Shown here: positions 37,422 through 48,348 of the stretch, piece by piece | Numbering within the stretch: the stretch's first letter is position 1 | How the letters are laid out: each line of letters starts with the position of its first letter | DNA from: Vitrella brassicaformis CCMP3155 | Lineage: Eukaryota; Protista; Chromerida | Assembly (NCBI GenBank): GCA_001179505.1 | Contig: CDMY01000511.1 | Coordinates: 22,861 to 86,860, forward strand | Direction: 5' to 3' | DNA length: 64,000 nucleotides | Notes under the pieces: generated by a model | Seen by the model: the letters and a program-made list of their open reading frames with translations, nothing else | What the model was told of the DNA's origin: nothing | Databases searched by the model: none | Program-made: the position numbers and the translations under genes

Positions 37422-38110
37422 TGGACAAATGTTCAGCCACCTGGCCCATGTGCTGTGTCTTGTTCTCCTCTCTTGGCATTGTTGCAGGGCCACTCAGCAC
37501 GGGCATGAGTACACCGGCATGCTCGGTCGCGTGGGCGATGCGACTGGCCTGCTGTTCCTCGTCCGCGCCAATGGAGACATGGACGGCTGCTTCATTGACG
37601 AGAGTATCCAGCCGCCTTCGCCCATGGAGATACACAACGGCCCACGAATTTTTCATGACTATAACGCGGCCGTCCTCGTCTTCAAGGCATCCGGCGCCTC
37701 CCCGCCCGCCTTCCAGTCGCCCTCGTTGATCAATCACTGCATCTCGGTCTCGCGAGCAGACAACGAGCAACGGCTGCCGCAAGCCAAGCTGAGGGTGGGC
37801 CGGTGCATCGGACGTCGACCCGTGTGGCTACTAGGGCTCTGGGCGCCCTGCCTTTGGGTTGGGCGCGGGGCCCGGTGGACGGGGGGGGGGCGCGACGATG
37901 GTGCAGCTGCATCCCAACATCCCACCGGTTCCGGGACACAACCTTGATGTGTTCTTTGCTGATGAGATTGAGGTGTTCACAGTGGGCGGGGGCGGGGATA
38001 TGTGTGTGTGGCCATCGCAGCAGAGGGAGGTGGTAGAGAGGCCCCCCCGGGTGTGCAACTATGAGGGTCTGGCTGCCTGGCTGGAGCAGTACCACCCACA
38101 ACTCTGTTGA
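37422..38110 (+). pseudogene. Isolated TLDc-like domain fragment fused to a CNYEGL fragment
   Basis: GHEYTGMLGRVGDATGLLFLVRANG...FFADEIEVFTV, then ERPPRVCNYEGLA. There is a poly-G frameshift near 37885. Confidence 0.55.
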
Positions 38111-38436
38111 ATGTGAGCTGCTTACCTCAGTAAAAAGTGTTTGTCGATGTGATGCGGCGATCCAGCCAGGCAGCCAGGCAGCTAACCATGAGCGCGCTGA
38201 GGCCATTTTTTCTTTTTTGTTTTCTCGTTCCTGATGGTGGTTTGAAACTCGACACACACGTTCCGCCACGTCACCTACCACACATCCGTCCCCAGCTAGC
38301 TGGATTCGTGTATTGATCCGTCCATGGCATGACCGGCTGGCTATGTGATGTGCGTCCGCTGCGTCTGCCTGCTGCCGCTCCATCCACTCTCTGTGTGTGT
38401 GGATGGATTCGTGAGTCTCATCAATGATACGATCCG

Positions 38437-38498
38437 ATTGATGTGTGTCGTGATGGACAGTCATGATAACTCTTGATCAGTTCAAAAGGATCAATCCG
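38437..38498 (+). promoter_or_regulatory. Conserved leader motif, copy 3 of 3
   Basis: Near-identical to 13617-13677. Confidence 0.55.
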
Positions 38499-38700
38499 TG
38501 TGCGACACGCGAAGCGCCGATGGTACCACGTGGACGAAGCGGCGAGAAAATGTTGGACGAGACGGGCAACTGAGACGGGGGCGGAAAAGAAAAGTCGCGC
38601 AGAACCTTTTGAAGATATCAGCTTTTCGTGAGCCCTTGCCAGACGGCAAACGATATCGCCCGTTTCCCCCCTTGGTGCACATTTGCTGCCCTCAGTCGTC

Positions 38701-40875
38701 ATGGGCGGCCGCCACAGCACTCCACGGCCACAGCAGCAGGTGGCCTTGACGTCAGAGGATCTTTATTTGGACGAGTCTGAAGTCGCCGCCGCGTCGCTGA
38801 AGGGCCTGGGCTTTGTGGACTGGGGAAAGCCGCAGGAAGGCCGCGAGGGCCGCCAGGAGGGAGATCGCGCGGGGATGACGAGGGAGATCCCCACCGGCTG
38901 CCCCGAGGCTGACGTGGATGGCTGGTGCGTGGTGGGCGACGATGATAACATGTAAGCTTGCTTAAGTGGCCCCTGTTACTACTTGCAATGGACACACACA
39001 TATTGCACTCTGGCGCCTTCATTCATTCAGGCCCGCCACCGCCACCATCGACGTGCAGCCAGCCGGAGGCATCACCGCTCCCACGCCAGCAGCACCAAGT
39101 GTCGAGCCCATCACCTCACCCGAGACCGACACACAGCAGCCGCCCCACCCTGAGGTCCCCTCGGCTGACGAGCATGCCGCCGCCACAGAGGCGCCGCCAA
39201 GCGAAGAGCCGCAGGCCGGCCCATCCCAGCAGCAGAAGGAGAAGAAAAAAAGTGGTGAAGAAGCCGGAGCGGGTGTGCAATTTTGAGGGCCTGGCCCACC
39301 TCGTGGCCAAGTACAAGGATGTGCCTTACTAGCCGCCGGCACCGCCCCCCCTGCCGCCCGCCAGCACCTGGAGAGTGCTCCCGGCGTACACCAAACGCAG
39401 GGGCAACGAGACGGTCATCACGTTCCACATCGTCCTGACGCCCGACGACAAGAGGGTGAGGCGTGTGGCCATCAAGACGGCCCTGACCGAGAGGGCGGCA
39501 GAGGACCTCAAGAGGGAGCAGGTGTACCGCTGGTACATCAACCGGGCCTGCAAGCAGGAGTGGCAGCGCGACGCCATCCAGCAGGCCTACAAGGAGCAGT
39601 GGCCAGACCACTACAAGTACCCCCACGAGCGGACCGAGGAGGAGAACAAGCCAAGGAGTGATCCGGAGATCGCGCAGGTCAGAAATGGAAGGTCGCACAA
39701 GTCGTGTCTCACTCATGACTTTCCGTGCATATGTGTGTGTATACTTTGCAGCGGTCCATCCCTGCCTACTTTTTATATTTCGAAGAGCCTTTTTTGCGAC
39801 TTCGATCCCCGCCCTCATACTTGCGGTGCACAAGATGGCGGTGCCCGGGGATGTATGGGAGGCCATAGTGGAGCTGGGTCAAGAGCAGAGAGAGGGTCTG
39901 CAACTGGCACCAAGTAAGTCATGCAGACAGACAAGGGCAGCTGAGCGGCAGGACATGTCGAACGAGACACCGATGGATGGATGGCCGCTTCTCGCTCTCT
40001 CTCCGTGTGTGTCAGCATTCTCCTGAGCGTCCATGCAGTCGCATCCATTAGCGCCGAGCCGCCCCTTCATCGATCTGTCGTCGCCCGCCCCTGCCCTCCG
40101 GTCCTCCGGATCGTCCCCCCCAGACAGCTCTCCCTCTTCCCTGCGGACCTTCACTCTGCAAGTGGGCCACATCTATTCTGCGGGCCAGACAGAGGGCAGC
40201 TTCGAGCTTCAGGGGAAGGACACATCGACGCCTCCAGAGCTGCAGTTCATCAGGCGGCTCGTACAAGACCGCAAGAACGACAGACTCACTTCTGGCGTCC
40301 AGGACAATCCGCACGCCAAGGAGTTCTTAGAGCGCATCACTCAATCCGACGAGGCCTTCCTGGACTTCCTGCAGAACGATCTGAAGTTCAGCGGCTTTGA
40401 TTGCCGATCGGATCTCTGGACGGGGGCGATCGCTGCGGTCTCCTTTCTGTCTTCCAACCAAGCGGAAGGTGAGCCGCACAACATGCACTTCTTTCGTATG
40501 TCTCCCTGCCGTACGTACGCAGAGTCGACGCCCGACGACAAGAGGGTGGGGATTATGGCCATCAAGACGGCCTTGACCCCGAGGGCGGCGGAGGACCTCA
40601 AGAGGGACAGGTGTACCAGTGGTACATCATCAACCGGGCCTGCAGGCACAAGTGGCGGATAGACGCCATCCAGAGGGCCTGCAAGGAGGCGCGGCCCAAC
40701 CACTACAAGTTCCCCCACGAGCGGACCGAGGAGGAGAACAAGCCGTGTGGGGCGTGGCTGTAGGGTGGGGTGGTAGAGGGAAGGGTGTGAGGGTGGATGG
40801 ATGGACGCGGAAGGCGGAGGGTCAGCGCAGGGGAGGAGAGGGAGGGCCTTCTCATCGCTGCTTACGTTTTATATT
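38701..40875 (+). pseudogene. Chimeric cassette, copy 2
   Basis: Starts MGGRHSTPRPQQQVALTSE, with a poly-A frameshift near 39245 and TAG near 39330. 39830-40450, including an intron, matches 56280-56930 inverted. Ends with a second AIKTALT segment. Confidence 0.7.
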
Positions 40876-41049
40876 CGGTGGTGTTGTGGCAACGCAGACT
40901 GTGCAGGGTGAAGCGAGAAAGGTATTGTGTGTGGGCCAGGAGCTGCCCGTGTGTGTCTGTCACACGTTCGTGCTCCCCGTGACTCGTTTGAGGAGTCCTT
41001 GAATTTGCATATGTCTGCCGATGTCGGCTTCACTCGCGTGTTGATTGTC

Positions 41050-41164
41050 ATGGTGTGGGAAGCTACACAGGGTGTTCACGACATGCTAAGAGTTCTTGCC
41101 GTGTGAGGCTGCACGGCAGAACTCTTGGCATGTCCCTCACACCCTGTGTAGCTTCCCACATCAT
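41050..41164. ncRNA. Long near-perfect hairpin (pre-miRNA/siRNA-like fold-back)
   Basis: 41054-41075 is the exact reverse complement of 41139-41160. 41080-41103 pairs with 41112-41134 (one bulge, one G-U), with an 8-nt loop. The structure is certain; expression is unknown. Confidence 0.5.
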
Positions 41165-41570
41165 TCGCCTATACATTCACAAGCCCACGCAACCACCCAC
41201 CCACCCACCCAGTTGCCACACATAGCCGACCGAATAATGGCCATCGACACGCGTACAGGTACTTCATACACACCCACATATACCCACGCCACGCCCGAAC
41301 GAGATAAAAACGACCAGAGAGAAAGGAGTCAGGTCAGTGGTGTCGTCTCGACATTGACGGCGAAAGGCCGCTGCATCTCGTGCGTCCAACGATGTGCGTG
41401 GAGAGAATCGTATTCAGGGATGAGTGTGTGACCCCACCCCTCAGCCAGAGCGAAAGAAAAGAGCAGCGCACAAGGCAGCCACCAGGATGATAAAAACAGC
41501 AAGTGCTTGGTTAAACCGTTACTGCCGATCTGTCTGTCTGCATCGCACAAGAACGACAGGCTCACTGCAT

Positions 41571-43794
41571 TCAAGTACTACTACAGTTCAAGTCACTGTA
41601 GCAGTTGAACGCCAGCCTTTCCTCCTTGTGTGCTTGCGAGACACACCGATCGCGTCCACGAGAGGAAAAATATCCCTTCCCCGCTGTCTGCGGCGCTTCA
41701 GCCACAGCGTACGTAATCGACCTGCCTGCCTGACTTCACTTGCTTCACTCGCGCACAAACGAACGAACCGACGCTTTCACGCACGCCCCTACTAGAAAGC
41801 ACACACATGTTGATTGACACATGTCTGTCTGTCTGTCCATGTCATGTGCCGTGCCATGTGTGTGCAAACGACGACTTGACATGCACACATGGAGCGCGCC
41901 CCTCTCTTCCTCATGGAAGGAATGGTTGCATGAAAAAAGTGGGTGTTTCGATCCTCGAAATCGAAAGAGGGACTCACAAACACACGTACGCACACCAACA
42001 CCAGCACACGTAAGCAGCAGCAAGTAACACACGAATACCAATATTCCGTCAGTCATTCACACACTCAGTTGAGCCCCGCCCGCCGGATACAGTGGGACCG
42101 ATCCCCCTCGCCGCACCGTCTGACAGAACAGAGCAGCACAACAGCACAGCACAGCAAGTGGTCGACGTCCCTCTGTGTTGCGTATTCGGTGTGTGTGAAG
42201 TGACGTACCCTGTGTTGGCTCTGATGAGCATGTTGGCCTTGTTGAGGTCAATCGTCTTGGCTGCACACCACACACAACCAACAGGACATTCGCACGTTCT
42301 TTATCCTGTGCTTCCTCCATCCATCCTCGCGCACCCATTCTTCCGAGCCCGTGGTGGCCGAATGCGACATCCATGCGGTCAGAGCTACCGTCCCAGCGGC
42401 TGTAGACACACACAGGCAAAAAGGCAATGAACCGATGCACCTCATCTCATCTCATCTCATCAGCCGCCCGATATGCATCCCATTTGACTCACTAAGACGT
42501 GTCCTGAATCTGCAGTCGCCTGGTGCCGTTATCTTCACCATTGCCGCCCACAATGTCGAGCTCGCCCTCCTCGTTGATGGTGAAGAGGTTGAAGAGCTCC
42601 TTCTGCATGGCCTGGTAGGTGCCGTTGAGCATGTTGACGAGCTCGGGGCCAGTCGTGTCGTCGGCCAGGTCGGGGCCTGAGAACAGGGCCTGCGGGGTGC
42701 GGATGTCGCTCTTGTCGAAGAAGGCGGCACCCTCTGCATCAAGGATGGACGCATGGCATGTGTGTGTGTGGCGTGGCATGTGTACCTTTGCCGACGACCA
42801 GGCGGTCGCCTGATTCGAAGTAGATCTCTACCATGGGTGCGTCGTAGTCCCTGCAGACAGCATGATACAGGCATACGGGCACATCATTTGGTGGCGGGTG
42901 TGTGTGTTTGTGTGTTTGGTCGGTCGGTCGGTCGGTCTTCCCTTCGCTGACCTGAAAACTTCGGCGATTTTCTGCATGGACTCAAATCTGACCGTCGAAA
43001 GAGACCACAGCACACGCACCACACACATCATCCATCCATCCATCCATCAATACGTATCTCTCCCTGACTCCCTCACCGTTTGCCCTCGCCGAACGAAAGG
43101 ACCAGTCCCTCCAGCTGCACGCACCCGCCACATAGCACACGGATAATCAACCTCTCTCTCCTCTACTTTGGCTTTCCTTCGCCCTCACCTTGTAGAGATC
43201 GTTGAGGTCGATGGTGAGCAGGTCGAAGAGGTCGATGCCCTCGAGATATTCCTTAGTGGAGACAATTTCGTCGTTGACACGCAGCACACCATATGGCGTC
43301 GTTGACCAGGTCAGCGGGACCGTCGATGCCATGGTGTCGTTGCGCGCGCCGTCAGGGGCCTCGCTGACCGCCTGCAGTGCGCGGAGCCGGCTGGCGACTG
43401 CAGGATGCACCTGCACAGAGAGGCCCTGGGCAGTGCCCAAGAGACAGGCACGTAAGACAGTGAGACGTCTCGTGAGGTTGCCTGCCTGATGCACCGACCC
43501 CCTCACCTGTCTCGACAGCTGTCTGACGACTCCCTCCATTCTGTCCATCTTGTTCTGGAAGGTGATGGTCTGGATGCCCATCAGGACAAGCATGCCTGCA
43601 GACAGACGCAGAAAGACACGCGCACACCGACAGAGGGAAAGGGAAGCGTGTGTCTGTGACTGCTGATGGCGGCGGCGGAGCTGGTGTACGCATCAGCTGA
43701 CAGATCTGTCCCCTGCCCACCGCCCTGCCTGCCTTGCTGTCGGCCTACCGAGGGCGAGGACACCGATGGTGAGTCTCTCGGGTGTGATTTCCAT
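41571..43794 (-). CDS. Hypothetical protein with an N-terminal membrane anchor (type II-like), multi-exon
   Basis: MEITPERLTIGVLAL|GMLVLMGIQTITFQNKMDRMEGVVRQL. Further exons include WSTTPYGVLRVNDEIVSTKEYLEG and AFFDKSDIRTPQALF. The 3' end is uncertain. Confidence 0.7.
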
Positions 43795-43912
43795 GACGAA
43801 TGCGATGTGTGCGATAAAAGGCAGGACACTGATGCGATAACGATGCGATGAAGATGCGATAAGACGACAGGAAGAAGGGGAAAGAACTGCGAGAAAGATC
43901 TGCGATCCTTGC

Positions 43913-43933
43913 AAACCCTAGACCCTAACCCTA
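43913..43933. promoter_or_regulatory. Telomere-repeat-like (telo-box-like) motif in a divergent promoter
   Basis: aaaccctagaccctaacccta lies between ATGs at 43794 (-) and 43983 (+). Confidence 0.35.
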
Positions 43934-43982
43934 CACGTGTTCTCAAAGGGGAAAATATATACCTTTTCGTTCTCCCGATTTG

Positions 43983-44695
43983 ATGGCATCGGTGTCGCTG
44001 TATGTGCGTTGCTCCCTGCTGCTGGCGCTGGTGCTGCTGCTAGTGTTTCCCATTCGCGAGTCGGCGGCCGCCAGGGAGGATGACGATGATGAGGACATTG
44101 ACGAAGAGGAGGACGATGACGACGTCAGAGGTGAGGGAGCAGACGCGCGGAAGCAAAGATCTGCAGTGAGAAAAGGCATTCCGTGTTTTGTTGGCAGCTG
44201 CCCGTCGGCGGCGTGAGGCAGCCAAGGCTCGTATGGAGCAGATGCAGCAGATGCCCAAGTTCGACCCCAAAAACTTCAACCCGCAGGCCATCTTCGATGC
44301 GCAGAGAAACAAACCACAGATGACATTCGCCACACTCAAATTCGAATACGTAAGCAGACAATGCTGCAGAGACAGACACACCATGACACACGCAGAAAGA
44401 GGGATCTCTGACCACTGCAGACGTCTGTGTGTCCTCTGCCTGTGCCTGTGTGTGTGTGCAGGAGGAGAAGGAGAAGCAGGAGACGGAGAAGATAGCTGTG
44501 CGATGGCGGAGCATGCTCGAGATGGGCCACATCCAGGTCCAGGCCTATGCCGTCGACCCCGGCAAGATCCTCCTGATGACTCAAAACGCCGACCAGGCCG
44601 ACAAGGTCAGGGAGTTCGCACTCGCACAACGAGAGACCGACTGGTTTGAGATCAACCGAAAGAGATTCTTCCCGGGTCGGCAGCAGCACGGATAG
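43983..44695 (+). CDS. MESD/Boca-like ER chaperone, 3 exons
   Basis: Signal peptide and an acidic tract. Then KPQMTFATLK...ETEKIAVRWRSML...VQAYAVDPGKILL...VREFALAQ...FFPG, which parallels the Mesd core (LMMFV...TEEITSLWQ...VQRFIV...IKDFLV.Q...YPG). Confidence 0.75.
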
Positions 44696-45325
44696 ATGAG
44701 ATGATGAGCAAGAAAGCAATTGTGGCATTCATCGTGCACTGTGACTGTGGCGTGTGTCAGATGATCGCGACGGGCCTTTAGTTGACTATGACGTGAGGAG
44801 GAAGGCGCGGGATGCCAGGAAGGCCAAGAAGGAGGGCAAAACTGAACTGTAGTTCTGGCGGCGGCACCATTGACAGCGCTTTGCTGATGGCTGGTGAGGA
44901 AGCGAGTGGTGACTGACGCAATAATTAAGTGCAGCCTCATGAATTAGGAGGGAGGGGTTTCACCCACTCGGTGCCGACCGACGTTTATCGTGGCGGCAGC
45001 AGCTGGCGCCGTGCGCCCGTGTGTTCGAGACTGATGAAAGCGAGCATGGTGCGTTTGTCATTTGGTTTCCGTTGCCTTTATGTCAATGACCACTAAACAC
45101 GTCAAGTCCCAACCCCCCAGTCAATCCCTCCCTCCCTCCCTCCCTCCCTCATTCTATACATCACTGACTGACACCACTCACTCACTCACCCCATGTACCC
45201 ACACCCAGGTAGCCAACGCACATCATCATACTAAGTCAGTCCTCCCCCCAGCTCTCGCCAGCTGGACGCACAGTTGTCCCTCCTCCATCCCTCAATGGAC
45301 AGACAGACAGACAGACAGACAGCAT

Positions 45326-46274
45326 TCATTTTATGGTGACCATGGCACTGTGGTGCGAGAGGTAGGCGTTTGGGATACTGGCAAGGCATGTGTCCTGCAG
45401 CTGTTGAGGGGAGAGGGATGACGTGGGGTGGGTCCGCCGGTAGATGGGGATGACCTGCTCGCACAGACCCCTCCATGGCAGGGAATGATTTGGCGCCTTC
45501 TTGAGCACGCTCTGGATGGTCTCCCTCCAACCCCTCCACCCACCAGCATCCTGAACCAACGCACCACCCACACGGAGGAGCCATGATGGGTAGGCGAGCA
45601 AGCTATGATTCTCCCTCCCTCCCTCTCTCCCTGTGCACCCACCTCTGTCTTTGCGGCCTTCTTCACAGGCGAACCATCTCTGCCCACTGGATGGACCTGG
45701 CGCCCACATGGACGTACACAGAAGAGCCAATCCATAGGCACACGCACAGAATCATTCAGTGCCTGCCTGCATCAGTGACCCGCCGTACCCCGTTCTGCAA
45801 GGGCCGCTTCACCACGCCGTTCGGCTGTGATGGCGGATGCTTGCTTGGCGTCGGTGCGGCTGTAGTGGTCGCTGTCTGTGGCTTGCCATGTTGCTTCTTG
45901 CTCTTGGCATACTGGCCATGGTACTTGTCCTCCTCTGTCCAGTCCACCCAACACATCACATCCAGACACACGGCAGATCTCTCTGTGTGTCCGCCTGTTC
46001 GTTGCTTTCCTTCGTGGCCACCCACCTGTGACGCACGAGTTGTGATTCATGTACTCGTATCCGGCGAATTCCTTCTTGCAGTCGATGCACGTGAACACCC
46101 TGACAAACACCAACACACACAACCACACCACAGGAGTGCACACACGCTCCCGGCCTGTGTGTTTGTGTCCATCTTCTGTCCTCACCATGCGTTTGGGCAT
46201 TTGGTCTGGCAGTGTGAGTCGATCTTTGGCTTCTTGACGACGTCGTGGCAGACGTCACAGATGAACGACGGCAT
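45326..46274 (-). CDS. LYAR: LYAR-type C2HC zinc-finger nucleolar protein
   Basis: MPSFICDVCHDVVKKPKIDSHC...FTCIDCKKEF...HNSCVT|EEDKY; C-terminal ETIQSVLKKAPNHSLPW. Confidence 0.88.
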
Positions 46275-46405
46275 CTGTTCAGAGAGCCAGCAGCGAACTC
46301 GCCGTCTGCGAGCTTAGCCGAGACAGATCTGAGCTCGCATTGGGGAACCGCTGCTGTCGGAGAAGGAGCCGTTGCGGGCTTCGCGTATGAGTGATCTGCT
46401 GCACA

Positions 46406-47387
46406 ATGTCGTTCCGCGAAGTGGATCTGTTCGGCGGCGCGATGAGATGCGCCATCCCGCAGAGCTTCGCCGACGTCAGGTGAGAACCGCCAGGAAATGA
46501 ATGACACAAGGCAGTGACAGTGATGGCAGCGGGCAGCAGGACTGAAGCGGATGAATGCATTCATCTCATTTGTGTGTGTGTGACCTTGGTGATTCAGTCA
46601 GATCCGTGATGTGCCCGACAACCAGGAGGTGTTTGCTGACTTCCACACCGACAGCAGCCTCATGTTCGAAGTCGTGCAGTACCAACAAACCGTCACCGAC
46701 CAAGACGCACCAAGGTCAGCCAATCACACACGAGCTGACTCCACCTCTTGGCCACGACAGAATGAGTGTTTGTCTGTTGCTTGTATGTGTTCGTTGCAGG
46801 TATTTCTTTCGTGATTTGGCTGAGGTGAATGAGGCCGACCCGTGGGAGGTGCTGCAGGTGATCCGCCTGGAGCCAGCGATCATGCCTAACCTAGAGTGAG
46901 TGTGCCTCAACAGACGGAGGAGACAAACCACACTGCAGTATGATTGATTCTTTCTGCGTGTGTGTGTTGTGAATGTCAGTGGTTCGATTTGTAAGTATTT
47001 GGTGATGGGCCATCAGACGGTGAGCAAGTTCAGGGAGGGCAGGGAAGCCGCCAATGTCGTCGCCATCTACATGGCCATCATCAGGCTACCCGGTACGCAG
47101 CATACACGCAGGCCACGCCACCACTACACACCTTTCACACATCCCCTCAGCATATCTCTGCCGCATGTGTGTGTGGTGTGTCAGAGCATCATTCAGAGGT
47201 GTTGATAAGCTTCAACGACCCCCGGTGCCTCAGCCCCGCCAGCAGCAGCGCCCCAGCCTCGCATGTCGGCGTGCCCAACGGGACCTCGCTTCATGACGCC
47301 TACAGCTACCTCAACCAGGAGGGGCCGCAGCAGTTCCAGAGTCTGCTCGAGACGTTTCAGATCAGAGACTGGGGGCTGTTCGGATGA
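46406..47387 (+). CDS. MOG1: Ran guanine nucleotide release factor (Mog1p/PsbP-like fold), 5 exons
   Basis: LFGGAMRCAIPQSFADVS|IRDVPDNQEVF...SLMFEVVQY...YFFRDLAE...IRLP...LISFNDP...DWGLFG-stop. Confidence 0.92.
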
Positions 47388-48348
47388 TGGATGCATGGAT
47401 GCATGGATGACGTGAAGCTGTCGATTATCGAGTGTAGTATACTGATTGACGGCGTAGTGCATTTATTTGCTATGTATTGCTGCCATAGTGTGACGGGCGT
47501 GAGGACATCCGTGTATGAAGATAACTTGGGGTTGCGATTGATGGAGCGATGCGATTCGAATGAACCACACGGGGGAGAGAGAACGTTGTTGAGTGTCCGA
47601 GTGTATGTCCGTGTCCATGGATGCGTTGGTCTGGTCCCATCATGCTGGAGCGCTGGCAGACAGGCAGGCAGACAGGCAGACAGGCAGGCATTTACGCATC
47701 AAGGGCATTGTGCACGCCTCCCTTACATACCCACTTTGCTTGCAGCCAGCCACTCTTCGCCCCACGCCACGCCACACAATCCATACGGACAGACATACAT
47801 TCACGGCACGCCAAACAACAAAAATTGGGTACACAGAGAGACAGGGAGTGAATGAGACAGAGAGAGGGAGAGGAGACCAGGACCGGTACACAGACAGACA
47901 GACAGACAGACAGGGGGATTAATTGGCCGCAGCTCGCTTCGTGTCGCCTCGCCTTGAAAGTATATCATCTTCTCTGCCCCACTAGACTCGTCCATTCATC
48001 CATCCGTCACGAGCCGGCAGGTTGCACGATCGTCACTCACTCCGTCCACACCCTCAGTTACCCACATCAATCAATACACACATACAGCAAGCCAAGCAGC
48101 CAGCAAGACAGCAAGACAGCAAGACAGGACGAGGGCAACCCGATGAATGACTTCCTTCGAAGGGCAGGCAGGCAAGAGATAAGAAAACGGTGTAAAAAAG
48201 AGCAGCACCGCCCCGCCAGCCAGCCAGCCAAGCCCACAGGCCACCCAGCAAAACAGAAAACAGACAGGCAGACACCCAGGCCATCATCGCTCACACCACG
48301 CAGGCACGTGACGCCAAGCCAAGCCATCCACCGTGCGTGTCTGTGAGG

